Positions 48,250 through 61,966 of a stretch of 64,000 bases of DNA are shown piece by piece. The notes beneath the pieces were generated by a model that searched no databases, was not told the origin of the DNA, and was given only the letters and a program-made list of their open reading frames with translations. The DNA is taken from NCBI GenBank assembly GCA_040285825.1, contig JAUPSS010000007.1, positions 334,501 to 398,500 of the forward strand, given 5' to 3'. Source of the stretch: Eukaryota sp. TZLM1-RC (Eukaryota > Protista > Metamonada: BaSk clade). Within the stretch, counting starts at the first letter, position 1. The number at the start of each line of letters is the position of its first letter. The translations under genes and the position numbers were made by a program.

Positions 48250-51200
48250 AACCAGCCCGAAACTCTTCCTTTGGAACTCCTCGTAATCCTCGTACTTCTT
48301 CATCTGCTTCCTTAAAAACTCCTACTAAGTCTATCTCAAAACATTCTTAAGAAATCATCTGTCGCTTCTGCAAACAACCTAGTCACATGATCCAGGATTG
48401 TCCTGATCCAGGTTGCCGTATATCCCAGCCACATAAATCCGAATCTCAACCTCGTTTCCGTAACCCTCGTAATCCTGCAGGAAGAGGGATTCCCACCCGT
48501 AACCGTAACCCGCAACTCTACTCGATCATCTCCTCTATTCAGGATGGGATTAAGGAAAACCACCATATTGACCACACCTATCTTTCCATCTACGTGACAA
48601 ATTCTGCTTCTAGTTCGGAATCAGAAACCTCGTTTAATGTTACGTTGAACTCTTTAATAAACACTGATAATTATTCCTACCATTCTTCCGTATCTTCCTC
48701 ATTTCCGTTGTCTCAAGGGCATTTTTTTGACTCTGATTACTTTGAATTTGCCAACCTCTTTGAGATTTTGGATCTCATTACTTGTCCTACTTAACCTTCC
48801 ACTGTACCTGAATATCCCAGGAAACCATCTTGTGTTCATCCTCTTCCCTTGTTTCTACACCCTTATCTCGTGTTGTGAAGGAAACTATCTTATCTGATGA
48901 TAACAGACCAACTTCTTCTAGTTCAGAAACTTCCTTTCTGGTACCGCTAGGAAAAGCTCCTGGTTCATCAAACAAATCATTGTCCTTGGAAACTAGTCCC
49001 GACCTCGACTCTGATTTGGAACCGGTGTACGCTGACTGTGCTCGGCACGACGGTGGAGTAACTGAGCTTGGAAACTTTGTTACTAGAAAAGGTAATTTTA
49101 ATCATCTCGATAAACTCCTGAAGCAACATCTCAAACCAGTCTTTCCTCCCCTTCCTATTATGGCTCTGTTATTGTCCATATTCCAAAAATAACCATCCCC
49201 CTTGAGAAACTCAATAAAACAAGGGGCAATTTCACAAATGTCACTTTTCCAACACACAAGTTTCACAAATGTCACTTTCTTGTGTCTTAGTTTCATAAAT
49301 ATCAGTTTTATTCTATTTTCAAATGGTCATCTACTGGATATCAAATCCATCTGCTGGTGAATCACTATCATCTTCAACATCACTATCTGAAGTAACAAAT
49401 ACATCATTCATAACCCATTCTTTATCTTGAGAATCTTCAACATTGACTTCTTCTTGTGATTGAGGAGAATTTACACGTCCAATCAACCAGTTGCCGTCTT
49501 CGGAATAGCAACTTTTTCTTTGTTTGTCAGCAGATACATACTTAGTCATGATGGAGCGTTTTTTCGGCTTTGATTGAATTCTTTTCCTTCTTGGACGTCC
49601 TACCTTAGCCTTCAAGAGAAAAGGTAATGGCTTCATAAGAGTTTCGTCTCCAGTCCATCTTTTTTTGTCGGGAATGGGCATTAAACCCTTCTGATATACC
49701 CTTGAATATGTTTGTGTCAAGAACACTGGGTCAATACCTTCAATGGGAGCTGTTCCAATTTCAGAGAATGCTGCTAAAGCATGACTTTATGGGTATCCTT
49801 CTCTTAACCATAAACCACAATCACATTTTCTTTCACTCAACTTAACATTGTAAGTGTTTGCAGTAGAACCTACTTCAGCTTTCATAACAGTTCCATGTTG
49901 TTTAGCTAGTTTTACCGGGTAACGATCTGATTCTGCGTGGTTCAGCAATATCTTCTCTCGAATTGCTGGTACAATCAACATGTTCTTTCTTAGATAGACT
50001 TGGGACTGTTCATGTCTTGCAATAAACCAATCCATTAATTTCCTTCCAGAAACTTCCAACATGACAACAATTGGTAGTCCTCTCAGTGACTTCATCCAAC
50101 TATTGAGAGACTCTGCGACATTACTGGTCACATGTCCGTAGGTCTGTCCTTTGAACATATAACTGCTCCAATTCTCCACACCAACCGCTTGCAGAAAGTT
50201 GTAGGCCTTGAGTGAAATACTCATGATAACATTCATCGCATTGTTAAAGTCTTCAGCTGTTACTGCTTTGGCAGCTTCCCAAACAACTCCGATAAGCTTC
50301 TTCTTCCGACACTTCTTTGTTAAATTGTCCGCTAAGTGTCTTACACAGAAAGCGTGAGGAGCATCTGGAAACACGCGACTCACACCTTCTATAAGACCTT
50401 TATGTCGGTCACTTATAACAATTATGTTACCTTGACCAATACATTGACTTAAATGCCCTAAAAACCAACTCCAATTGTCCATGTTTTCCTGATTAACTAC
50501 TGCTATGGCAAGTGGAAACAATTGACCTTGACCATCCACAGAAGTAGCTCCTAACAAGATACCACCATAAGTTCAATGCAAATGTGCTCCGTCCAGTGCA
50601 AGGATCTGTTTACAATATTTAAACCCTTCAATGGACGCCCCATAGCTTATAAATGTTCTTAAAAATCTCTGTTCGTTGTCAACTTCATAAGTGGTGTACG
50701 AACCGTTGTTTGAAAGTGAAAGTTGTTGAAGGTACTTTGGAAGATCCTCATAAGAAGATTCATAGGAACCCAACAACCTAGTTCTAGAAATATTCCTGGT
50801 TCTAAATGCTTTGAGCTTTTTAATACTGCCATATTTGAAAATGAACGCAGTTTCAAGGATAGATGCAACTTTTTTAAAAGTAAGAAGTAAGAAGTAAGGG
50901 AGTTTCTACAATGGCCCTTTCTAAGTCAGGACTGTGAGAGAGGACCTCAGCTGTTGGTACTACAGTCTTCTTTGGTTGAGAAAGATCTTCTATACAATCA
51001 TGGTCTTGATACACTCTGATGACCACCGTTGATGAAGGTTTTTTGGTCGATGCAAGCAGCGCGAAGTTGCAACCCACTTGCAAACAACAAAGCGTAATAT
51101 TGTGCTTGTCACTTCTTCGGCGTAAGAGTTTTTTTCTTGTTTGTGATTCAAACAATTGTATGGTCTGTCGTATAACTTTCATAGATTGAAAGTCATTATC

Positions 51201-53390
51201 GACTCTAAGGACAATGGGGTTGTTCATTTCAGTGTAGCGATGGGAGTGATATTTCTGAAACTTCACTTTATGAAAGTGATATTTATGAAATTGTTTGTCT
51301 GACAAGTGATATTTATGAAATTAACCCATAAAACAATGGATCGTAAACTCTGACATTTGCAAATCTTTGCTGGCAAAGAAAAGATCATATACAGTATGAT
51401 CGATACTGACGTGATATACAGACTATATTCTGTATATCACGAGACTTGTGAATGTAGCTCGATTGAAACCAACTGGAAGTTTTGTAAAACTCAATCTAAC
51501 CGATAACAACTCTGTTGAGTGCCAACTAGTTTCCAGTACTGTCGCCTTCGCTTTTAGCAAAACTGCCAAACTCACCTGTGTGTCCACTACTCTAACTTCC
51601 AAGTTAATTGCTGTGAAAAAATCAAATAATGGTGTTAGACCAATCGCAATTTCGGAATAATTTTACAGATTGGCTTCCAAATACTTGGTTTCCCCCAATG
51701 ATGCTTCTATGTTAATTAAAGAAGGTCAGTTTGGAGTTAAAATTAAAGGTGGATGCGAAAAAATTGTCCACTCAATCAGATTAAAGAAACTCATTAGATC
51801 TTATTCTAATGTTATTTGCTTGGATATTTTTAATGCTTTTAACTGTATTAGTAGAAATTCAATTTATGAGCTTGATCAAGCTAATTAATTAATTTTTCAG
51901 TTGGTCTTATGGTCAGAAGTCGAATTTATTTTAATATGATCATATTATTTACTCAAGAAAAAGGGGTTAAACAAGGTGATCCTATTTCACCGTTTTTATA
52001 TAGTCTTGGAACAAGTACTATTTTGAATTATTTAAATGAAATTGATGGAATTGAGGTTGTCAGCTACTTAGACGACACTTATGTTCTTTGTCAAGATCAC
52101 AATAATTGGTCTGACATCATCTCTACTTTATCGGTTAAATTTGATAATATTGGACTTTCTTTAAATTTATCAAAAACCAAAGTTTTTTCTGTTGATGAGG
52201 ATTTAGAAGTGTTGAAGGTGCCAATTGGTTCTGATGATTTTGAAAGTACTTTTATCGAGAACAAAGTAAATTCTGAGTTACTTGATAAATTAAAGTTGAT
52301 CGATTTACTTCCAATTCAGAACCAATTAATTCTTTTTGGGAACTGTATTAACTCAATACTAATGTACTGGGCACGTACTGTTCCTGATTCTAATACTGTA
52401 CTTGGATTTTCGAAATGGGTACATGAATTTAATTTATTCTTTAATTTTAGTCGATTTGAAAACTGGAAATTTCCCAATTTAATTCACATGCCTCTATCTT
52501 CTGGTGGTTTAGGTTTGCAGCACATGGGTTTCATTGCACCTGTTGCTTTTTCTGTTAGTTTATATCATGCGGCCAGAGATCTCGATTTAATTCCTTTAAT
52601 ACCTGCTCATTTCATTGATATTATTAGTTCTACTCTTCACTCTTCTTTTGTAGGATTTGATAATATTTGGGATAAGCATATTGAAGTTAATCAGCGATCA
52701 GTTATACATAATTATTGGAAAAAGGAAATTAATTTTATGTTAAACAAAATGAATTTTGAAGAGAAGTTACAGTATGAGGCTAATTGTAGTTCTTTTGCTT
52801 CTTCTTTTCTAACTTGCTTGCCAACTAATCTGAATTTAATTAGTTCTGATGATTGTTTTAATACTTTGTTGAAATTGAGACTTTAGTTGCACATGAATTT
52901 TCATTGTGTCCAGGTTGTGGTTATACTAACTTGGGTATGGACCACTCTTTTCAATGCCGGAAAGTCTCTAAGATGATTACTACGAGACATAATGAAGTTA
53001 AAGATTTTCTAGCTTCACTGATGAATTATAAGTTGGATTAAAAGAATTTATTGTGGATCTTTTCGATGAAGATAATCGTATTGCTTTTGATATAACAATA
53101 GTTGGTGGCTATGGTAATAGCTGGAAAGATGCATATTCCAATGCATTTGTCGGGAAAATTAGGAAGTATGATGTGTTAATCAAAAAAAATTAATTAATTC
53201 AATTATCCCACTTGTATTTAATGTACATGGTGGTTTTTATTCGAAGACAATTTCATCATTTAATCAATTTGGTTGGTCAGATTTGTGTCCAGAAGTAGCT
53301 ACTATTATTGCTAAGGGTAGTTTTAGATGTCATTCTGCATTTAATTTTATTCTTAGTAAAATTAGTGAGGCTCGTAGGTTTTGGTAGTTG
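48250..53390 (+). mobile_element. Near full-length decayed CRE-clade element interrupted by a MULE
   Basis: Cys/His N-terminus; LNKT|MDRK continuous across the MULE; RPIAI, DIFNAFN, GVKQGDPISP, YLDD, GGLGL, RHNE, AFDI. Confidence 0.82.
49223..51327 (-). mobile_element. Full-length Mutator/MULE transposon with frameshifted transposase (51229-49331)
   Basis: 9-bp TSD ATAAAACAA (49214-49222, 51328-51336); TIRs GGGGCAATTTCACAAATGTCACTT and GGGTTAATTTCATAAATATCACTT; LDGAHL, ISDRHKG, CVRH, TSNVAES, SWIM CDC. Confidence 0.96.
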
Positions 53391-53439
53391 TACTTGTTTG
53401 TTTTTCTAGTATTTTAATTTTCAACTATTATTTCTATAA

Positions 53440-53980
53440 AAGCGACTACTCTAACCGTCTTCGAGTGTCCCAATTTCTGCCTAATAGATTGTGACCTTTG
53501 AAAATCACTTGGATTACTCACCAACAATTACTTATTTGTTATCTTAACTGAGAGAAACCTATCTATTCGAGATGACAATGATACACCAGACAAATTCTTA
53601 CCTCCTGCATTGACTGTATCTACTGCTGTAACCTTGCCTGATCTTGACAAAGCTAAATTCTTCTTAGATGACCCAACTATCACCCCAAACATCAAGGACC
53701 TCCTTCTCAAATATCCACAGCTCTTCTCTAAACTTCCTGACCCCCGTGAGATTGATTGCCCCTCAATGGCTATCGAATTTTATGACGAATCTGAAATAGT
53801 CTCGAAGGAAGCCCGTTTCTTACCTCCCGATAAGCTCCGCATCGCTAATAAACAGATTGACCTACTCATTGAACTTTCATTCGCTGTTGCATACAATTGA
53901 CCCTTCTCTTCTCCTATTTGCTTAGTACAAGTCCCTAGAAAACCTCCTCGACTCACTGGTGACTACTCCGGTTCAACTGA
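53440..53980 (+). mobile_element. Ty3/gypsy protease-RT junction fragment
   Basis: IDCPSMAIEFYD..KLRIAN..KPPRLTGDYSG; homologous to 22350-22590. Confidence 0.8.
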
Positions 53981-54189
53981 TGAAAGACAAAGAATTCTGT
54001 CCACATATTGTGCTGTATTTAAAATAGGTTCGCAGATATCATTTATACTTATAAAAATCTCCTTTCTTACTTTCAGTAAGAAAGAAATCTTTTTTTGAAA
54101 CAGAGCTTTAACTTCAATAAAAATTGGTGGATACAGTTAAACTCTTAAACAACAGAAATTGAAAACAAACAAAAAATATATTGAATACA

Positions 54190-55215
54190 AAGATCCAAAA
54201 ACATGTAGACTATACAGAAACAAGTAATCAGATCTTTCTTGACCGTGAAAAACCTTAAACAGTTAAAAACTGAATGATTGATGATTAATCAGTCGTTTAT
54301 GTATTTATAAACAGAGACCACATATAAAGAGATTTACTCTCAATATTTGGTAGAGACTATTAAAATTATCAAAACTAGACCAGGCTCGATGAGTTTGACG
54401 AATGTTTCCAGAAAAAAACAATTGAGATCAAAATGGACAATTTAGATGACAAAAATTCTTAAACAAGGATATTAATCAGGATCAACCAATTGGAAAATAA
54501 CTAATTAAAAAGCCTGATCAATGGTGATATTGTTCGAAAAATCATTTGATGAAAAAATAGAAATAATAAGTCAGTCAATTCTACTTGTCTTTTCAAATGA
54601 ATACTTCCTCTCCTCCCCAAAGGCGACTCCATGTTTGATGTATCATATACAAACCGAGAAGATGACAAAGTACCCTTCGTGGTCATCATTTCAAGGAACT
54701 TTTTCTTGTCTCGACTTGTGTTCTGTTCCATGTTAGCTAATGAAGTATGTTTCAATTGTTTCTGGTGATACAAAGAAAGAATAAGACAGTTGAAAATTGC
54801 TGTGAACCGCAAAAGAGATTTCGTGATGAAACATTCACAATTTCAAAAACAAAGTCCAAACAATATCGAAGAAAACTGAAACTGAGTCAAAAGAAAGCTC
54901 GAAAAGGTACATCAAGAAAGTAATTAATGATGTAAATAGTGCCAGCTGCAATGTAAAGAAAACCTTAAGGTCACATGTTCAAACTGCTCTGACAACTAAA
55001 ACAATAAACACTGAGGGTAAGGGTACTGGGAAAGGCAACAATTTAACGGGAAGTCACAACAAAATACAAAGAGATAAGGCTTAGGGAAGAGAAGGGAAAG
55101 CAATGTTGATTTGGACAGATGCTTGGAAACAACAAAAGACAATATTTACGTACTCTTTACCAATAAAGATTGTGTAGATTAGTAAAGGAGTGGTAAACGA
55201 TGTGAGTACAAACGA
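54190..55215 (+). repeat. Unclassified repeat family B
   Basis: Colinear with 27995-29220. Confidence 0.85.
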
Positions 55216-57253
55216 AGTACAAATACTTGCCCATCAGTGGCTGTTTTTGATGTTGCATTGTATGCCTTTGACGTGAATGCTGGGGCTTGTACTGTTGAAT
55301 GACATATATAATCCTTTCCAGTAGAAATCTGCAATTTACTAATGTTGATATTTCTGTTTGAGACATTAACCAACTATGAATAGTAAATGCAACTAAATTG
55401 TTTTCAGCATGATTGAGAATAGGTATCTCTGCTCTAAAAATGACAACAGCAATGATCAGCGACTCTCATTGTCATTTCAGATTGACAATCGCATGAAGAT
55501 TTCCAATAGAAGATTTTGGTAGTTGAACTGACTAGAACTATTTCAAAATGAACTCCTGTTATATGCTCAATGTGACAGTGAAAAACAGTTCAAATTATTG
55601 TTTTTGAACACCATTTATTTTTGGAAATTACCCATATAAGATTAACTCACTCAATAATTTTGCTAAAACATTTGCAGCTTTTTCAACATTTGTTGGTCGT
55701 AATTTACTTTTCTCTACCAAAAATTGACAAATTCATAAATCAAAATCTTCTATTTGCAGGATCATTCACTTTATGTAAAACAGTTTTTCTTGAAGGTGGA
55801 AAAATTTTAGCTTTAGCATGGTTCACAGGTTGTTTAATGATTTTCATGTCATCAATATAGTTGCAATGGGAATTTCTCAATTTGCATATTGATATGTAGG
55901 TTTTGTGCTCTCACACCGCGCTTGCAAGAATGTTCGAGTTAAAAACAACTTGAGCAAATAAATGTTCAAACAGAATAATGCTCGAACAAACTCAGAATAG
56001 TTCCAACATTGTTCAGAAAAAAGACAATTCAATTGGTACGACAAACTGTATTGGTTAGCCCTAGTTGATTTACAAATACAAAAACGAAAGTCATCAATTG
56101 AAACTACTGTTTGTGAGCTTTAAACAGGGATTGACATTCATAGTGTGTCGTATTGAAGGAAAGTTGAATTGACAAAAGTTAGCACTGGCAAAAGTTCGAC
56201 AAATTCGTGTTTTGTTATGTCGATCTCTATTGCAAACACTCTTTTGTTCAAGAAATTTCAAATCGATCGTTTCCTATTTTAGCTTGTTTTCTTGAACAAA
56301 CTGTAGTACTATCTTTTTGAATTGTAGGAAAGTTTGGATTATAAAGGAAGTCTTGACTTGTCGAAAATGGAAAATATAAAGCTTTCGTTCATTTTGTTGT
56401 CGCTTCAAAATATCTACTTACCGTTTGAAGGTCGAAGATGTTTTTGATTCACTCAGCACTTTAAAAATTTTATTACATTTCAGAGTGAAGTACAGAAAGT
56501 TTTCAGAGGGGATTTTTGGACCACGTGTAAATCGTATACCAGATTCCTCTTTAAAAACATTTCATTAAGATTGCGTCCTAAAGACTCCATTAATAGTGGC
56601 TGCTACAAAGGAGCTTCTTTGAATCTAACAAGCAGTTATTTAGTTATTCCTGGTTTGAACAGAAGACCCACCGTTTCAGATGCCTTGTCTATCGACCATT
56701 GCAATAATTTTCAACAAGATTTCATTAATTCAGATGTTGATTATGTTCTTCTTATAGTTAAATTAAATTCTGATTTGCTCTCTTTCCTTTGTTTATTTTC
56801 TCAAATTTCAGCAATTATCTGTTTGGCTGATGGACGATAATAATTTGAGGACATGGACTTTTAGTTGTGTGTTTGAAATTTCTAGTTCCACTTTTTGCTT
56901 GATTATTAATATACATTTTTTTAAATTGTTCAAAAATGGAGAAATTATTGAAATAAATGTTGATCAAAATTCATAGATGCAAATTTCTTAGTTGAAGATT
57001 GACCACTTATATCTTGGTCGACCAAAGCTTATAGCACACGACGCTGGAAAAATTATTTTGTACTTTGTTGTTGAATTTTTTTGGGAAATTTATTATTAAC
57101 AAAAGTACCGAGGTGGTAATTGGTACTGATGATAAAAAAGTTGTAGAAATAAAGATAAAATAACAATTGTTGAAAAAGTCATCATGAAAACAATTTCATA
57201 AATTGACACGCATCAAAACCTGTTATTAGTCTATCTTCAATAAGTAAGGCTCA

Positions 57254-58714
57254 TTGAATTTAAACAGTGATTTACCAATACTGACATTTTTATAATGAAG
57301 AAAACATCATACTTCAAAAATACATGGTTAATATTGACGGTATCTTGAAGCAAAAACCAACCATTCCCTGAATGGAAGGTAGCAATAAAGTTATAAAAAA
57401 AGTAAATAAAAACAATTATGAAACACCAACTAAAACAATGACAAAAGTTTCATTAATTGAGTGTACAACAAAACCTAAAATTAAAAAACAAACCTGGAAT
57501 TAATTGAAACATTAACAATCTAAATAAAAAACTAAAACAGTTATTAAATTAAAACTTACATGTTTTGTGATCAACATCGGACCAACACAGCAAATAATGG
57601 TGATAAATTGAAAAAAGAAACCAAGAACACAATCCTGGTCAATGATGTTCCTCCCAAAGTCCATTCCATTCATCTTTCTGGTGTTACTTTACGCTTTGAG
57701 CCACATGACGTTGTTATTTCAAGTCAAAATATTGGATCTTGGATACAACAACATTGGCAATGTAAGGTTGCTTTGTGTGATCCATGTGGCTGGCTTCAAG
57801 GCCACTCACTCCACCACGAAGCTCTTGTGTCCTTCTCACAAGCCAAGGAAGCGTTTGCGAAACAAATGGAAGAGTTTCAGGCAAGAGTTTCCACTATTAC
57901 CCCTTTGCTAGCTCAATCGGGGGATAAAGTGGAATCTGTTGTGAGAGGAACCCTCAATCAAAACCGATCAATTTTACATTATTTGATTGGTGATTTGATC
58001 AAGCAGTCAGGTACCAAACTTCAACAGTTAGAATCATCCAATACTGTTGAAGAATCACTTGCTTTTGATGGTAATTAAAAACAACAAATTGTAAAATATA
58101 ATAAGAAAAAAAGAGGGCGACGTCATGGTAACGTGGCAAATCCAAAAAGATGTCTGAAATATGGGTCGATCAGAAAACTTGAGTTGAGATAGAATTTGGT
58201 TCAAAGTAACTAGAAATTGAGAAAGCAATTCATATTTTGAGGTAATAAATGTGTAAAGAAAGGTGAGTTCTAGACAGATTATGTACACTATCTAAATGTT
58301 AAGTAAAAGTAGTGGGGAAAACAGCAGTGGAAAGAAGTGGTATTAATGTTAGTAACTGGAAACCAGTGACGTGGTGCCACGTGGCTTTGATGTTGTGACA
58401 AAAAGAGTGAGGACCGAGGAAAGATATAACAGCGAGATCGGAAACGGAGCGGAGCAGAAAGAAGTTTCTGCAAAATTGACCCTGCATTAAGTGGCATTAG
58501 GCAACGGGTAATCGGGCTTGGTTAGTGATGTCCTGCACAGACCACAATGTTGTATGCGATGTGGACCGAAGGTGACGCACCAACATGTCGCTCATTGACG
58601 AGACGTTGATCACAGAACATGTAAGTTTTTGGGAGAGCAACCATTTGAGAGGAGGAAGCTGGAAATATTTGTTTCCCCATTCCTTAAATTAAATGATGAG
58701 TCATGATGACGTGG
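57254..58714 (+). mobile_element. Unclassified repeat family A, long copy
   Basis: Inverted repeats at 57551-57578 and 58602-58629; right end GAGTCATGATGACGTGG shared by all three copies. Confidence 0.9.
57560..58078 (+). CDS. Orphan 172-aa ORF of family A
   Basis: About 7 aa differences from 46332-46868, no indels. Confidence 0.5.
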   Translation: MFCDQHRTNTANNGDKLKKETKNTILVNDVPPKVHSIHLSGVTLRFEPHDVVISSQNIGSWIQQHWQCKVALCDPCGWLQGHSLHHEALVSFSQAKEAFAKQMEEFQARVSTITPLLAQSGDKVESVVRGTLNQNRSILHYLIGDLIKQSGTKLQQLESSNTVEESLAFDGN

Positions 58715-58767
58715 GTATGAAATGAATTACTAATTAAACATTAGTAGGATCATTATAATTATTTATC

Positions 58768-59240
58768 GTGCATTATGATTTGATTTGCAAATGTGGTCAA
58801 AAATTTCTCCAAATCATCTGTTCTATTGTGAACATTTTATTGGTTTCCGATCAAAAGTCCATGATGCAGTTAGGGATCAACTTAGCTTGGTCAAAACACA
58901 AGAATCCTGTGTCTGTTTCTGAAAATTCTAAAATTGATAAATATAAAGCAAAGTTGCTATTCTTGAATTCTGAATCCCACACTCATTATGTCCTTTGTCC
59001 ATTGCTTTTTCCTTTAATGGTACGCCTGTATCTCTTGCTTTATCTTTTTTGGATGATTTTGTTGTAACTGTAAAACAACGTACAGGAAGAATTTTTGACA
59101 AAACATTTTGGCAGAACAGAATTGTATTTTCATTTCTTAAAGGTGTTGTCCTGTTATTGTCTTCTGCTTTATTTTTTCTTGGTCGCTTTTTTAAAGGAAA
59201 AACATTCAGTCAATTCTCTTTGGCTGATTTGGGATAGGAA
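58768..59240 (+). mobile_element. CRE-clade 3' fragment
   Basis: ICKCG, YVLCP, FWQNRIVFS. Confidence 0.8.
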
Positions 59241-59369
59241 AATTTAGAATTTGAATTTGTGTTGTTTCGTTTCTCGTTGGAATAAATTAAATTAGAAAAA
59301 AAAACATTGAGAACCATAAAATTGGGACTTGACAACACTGATCCATAAAAACACACTCAACTGATCAAC

Positions 59370-60470
59370 TGATTACAGAAGTATGACCATATCGATATTC
59401 ACAGATAATCTCCTTTTTGTTACAAAAGCTTCATTATTATAGTAGAACCTTGGCATGTGTGTTACAATGGAGACAATTAGTGGTGAATCTGAATGCTTAT
59501 TCTTACATATACCTTTGTTCGAATAAAATTGAATAAAGATCTTGATCCTAAACATAGGAGTGGTATAATTCTTCAAAAATGTCATCTTCATACATTTAAG
59601 TCGTTAGTTTATGTAATGTTCGAACCGTGTATTTAAAACTAAAATAATTTTTGCCAGTAGCATTGCCATTAAATGATTGGGGAAAGCATCGATTCCATTT
59701 ATGTGTTTCAATTTTAGCAATTTCATCTTTTAATGCAAAACTAGTTGAACTTTTACATCTTTCTAATCTGCAAATTATCTCTAAAACTGCGATATGGCAC
59801 TTCTACATTTACAATAAAAGCACACGAAGTTAGATAAATGCTTAAGTCCAGCCTAACCCCCTATTGTGGACAGAGATAAGAATGATAGGGAAATGAAAGA
59901 CTTTACACCTGATCAGTTAATACAAACCTTTAGCATGTATTTCATTAAAGGCTTCGGCCATAGGTCTAGAGATAAGATGATTTATAGTTCGAAATATATG
60001 ATTGAAATTTTAATTGAGACAGGCTGTTAAAATGGTAAATTTGATATGTTTTTTTACATCCCATTTCATCACCTGGTCAATGTTTTACAACTAAGATTCA
60101 ATTGTTCAAACACTTGCTTGGAGATTTCATCATCAATACCCAAAAGCGGACTTAGACAACAAATATCATCATAGGAATATATCTCGGCTTGAGTTTCAAT
60201 CCTTCAACTATTGTTGAAATTGTAAAATTTCAAGGTGAAATGCATTCAAGTAGGTTCGGCCAGTGGTCAATTTTCTTGGATAACTCTTTAAAGTTGCTTT
60301 ATTCACATTCGTCAGTTTCAGGATCTTTAAGTCGGCTAGTAAGACCAGATCTTCCATGTAAACAATCAAATTTAATGAAATAAACATTTTTTCAATTTGT
60401 AATAAAATTGGATGAATTGCCAAATAAAAGAAGAAGGTCGTTAGGGGTCTCCTTGTTGACCACTACTGGA
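59370..60470 (-). mobile_element. Highly decayed CRE-clade RT fragment
   Basis: QGDP, AIHPILLQI, NEAFVTK; colinear with 30230-31290. Confidence 0.8.
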
Positions 60471-60970
60471 TAATTCCCAAATAGAACAGCAACAAACAAA
60501 TCGTAATTGATATGGCGCGTTGTTTGAAAATAAGGTACTAATCCAGGCAAGTATTTCAACACGCGGAGTCATGAATATTACATGTGAATCAAATCAGAAG
60601 CATTGCTAAATTTCAACAGCAAACAAACACTTGATTCAATTTGATGAAACAACACATCTGTTGCCAAGTCTGCTGACACAACTCTATTAGTGGTAGTTAT
60701 GTTCATTTTGATTACATTATGATTAAATAATAGTTGTGTCAAAACAAGCGACCTAAGTGCATCATTTTTTTCAGTAAACCGATAAAACCATCAACTTATA
60801 ACTGTTAATCCAACCAAAATTGTTGCTTTGACAAGGACGTTGATTTCTCCAGAAAATTCAATCATTGCTTAACTTGAATTTAATTTTACGAAGAAAAACA
60901 TATCAAGTTTATATAATTTGTGCAAGTTGACACATCAGGAATTAAAAATCCATATTAAATTACTCTCTGT

Positions 60971-61966
60971 TTATAGACATTCTAAATCAACACTAACTTC
61001 AGTACATTCATTTACCCGTTTTTCAAACTCTAGAAATTCAGAAGCATCTAATAACTGTTGAGCAGCATCACTTACCTTTTGATCCAAAATAGGATTCAAT
61101 AACAAAAGTACTTCATTTTGTGCCATTAATGCCCTTATAGCAACGTCATCGAGTGATTCTTGGTATTTCGTCAACTGGTCTTGGATTTCACAACATTGAT
61201 TCTCAAAATTGAGCATTCTTTCGTAGAAACTGGTATCATCAATGATATTGTCAACATTATTCTAAAGTTAAATGCAGATATAACAAACTGAATTCAATTT
61301 CTTTACCAAATTCAAAAATTCTTGGTCTGGTTCAACTTCCACAGGTTTAGGATTTGATTCCACTACTGGTTTGCTTGGTTCATTAGTTGGAGTGATAATG
61401 CCTTTTGATGTTATCTTCTTTAGAGTGGAGCCAAAGTCAAACTTCGGAGTAGGTTTGGACTTTTTGCTGGACTTTACTATCGGAGTTTTTGCCTTTTCAT
61501 CCGCCTTTTTCCTTTTTGGCGTTGGAAAAGGCGGTATGATTCTTTTTATTGTTTTTTGTGACGATGGCGTTGTTTTAGGGGTTGGTTTCGATTGTTGTTC
61601 CTTATTAGACTCAACATGTTTGGAGTTTAAATCAGGAGTTTGTGCTGGAAGGGGAGAAATCGGCTTGTCTTGTGTGACTGATTGTTTTGGAGATGGTTCA
61701 CTTTCAATTTGTTTTCCAAATGAGAAATTAAGGTCGGTATCGAATGAGTCTGCTTGAAATGATTTAAGATTGAAGGCAGGTGTTGATAAAGACTCATCAT
61801 CCGAGTTTGAACCACCTGATCTCCTTGAAGTTGGGGTTTGGAGGGAGAAACTATCATCGTCTTTCAATGATGGTAGACTAACATGAGAATCTTCCCCATC
61901 AACACTTTGTAATGCCAGTGAAAACGGCGTATCGTCATCATTGAAGTTGAGAGACCCAAATTGCAT
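60971..61966 (-). CDS. Hypothetical 322-aa protein (S/P/K-rich N-terminus, helical C-terminus) with a 27-nt intron at 61262-61288
   Basis: Removing GTTTGTTATATCTGCATTTAACTTTAG joins ORFs 61268-61966 and 60971-61216 in frame; divergent from MO25. Confidence 0.75.

Noticed and set aside
61371-61757. 128-aa hydrophobic ORF and similar short antisense ORFs in the track
   Set aside because: Shadows of real genes or TE ORFs on the opposite strand
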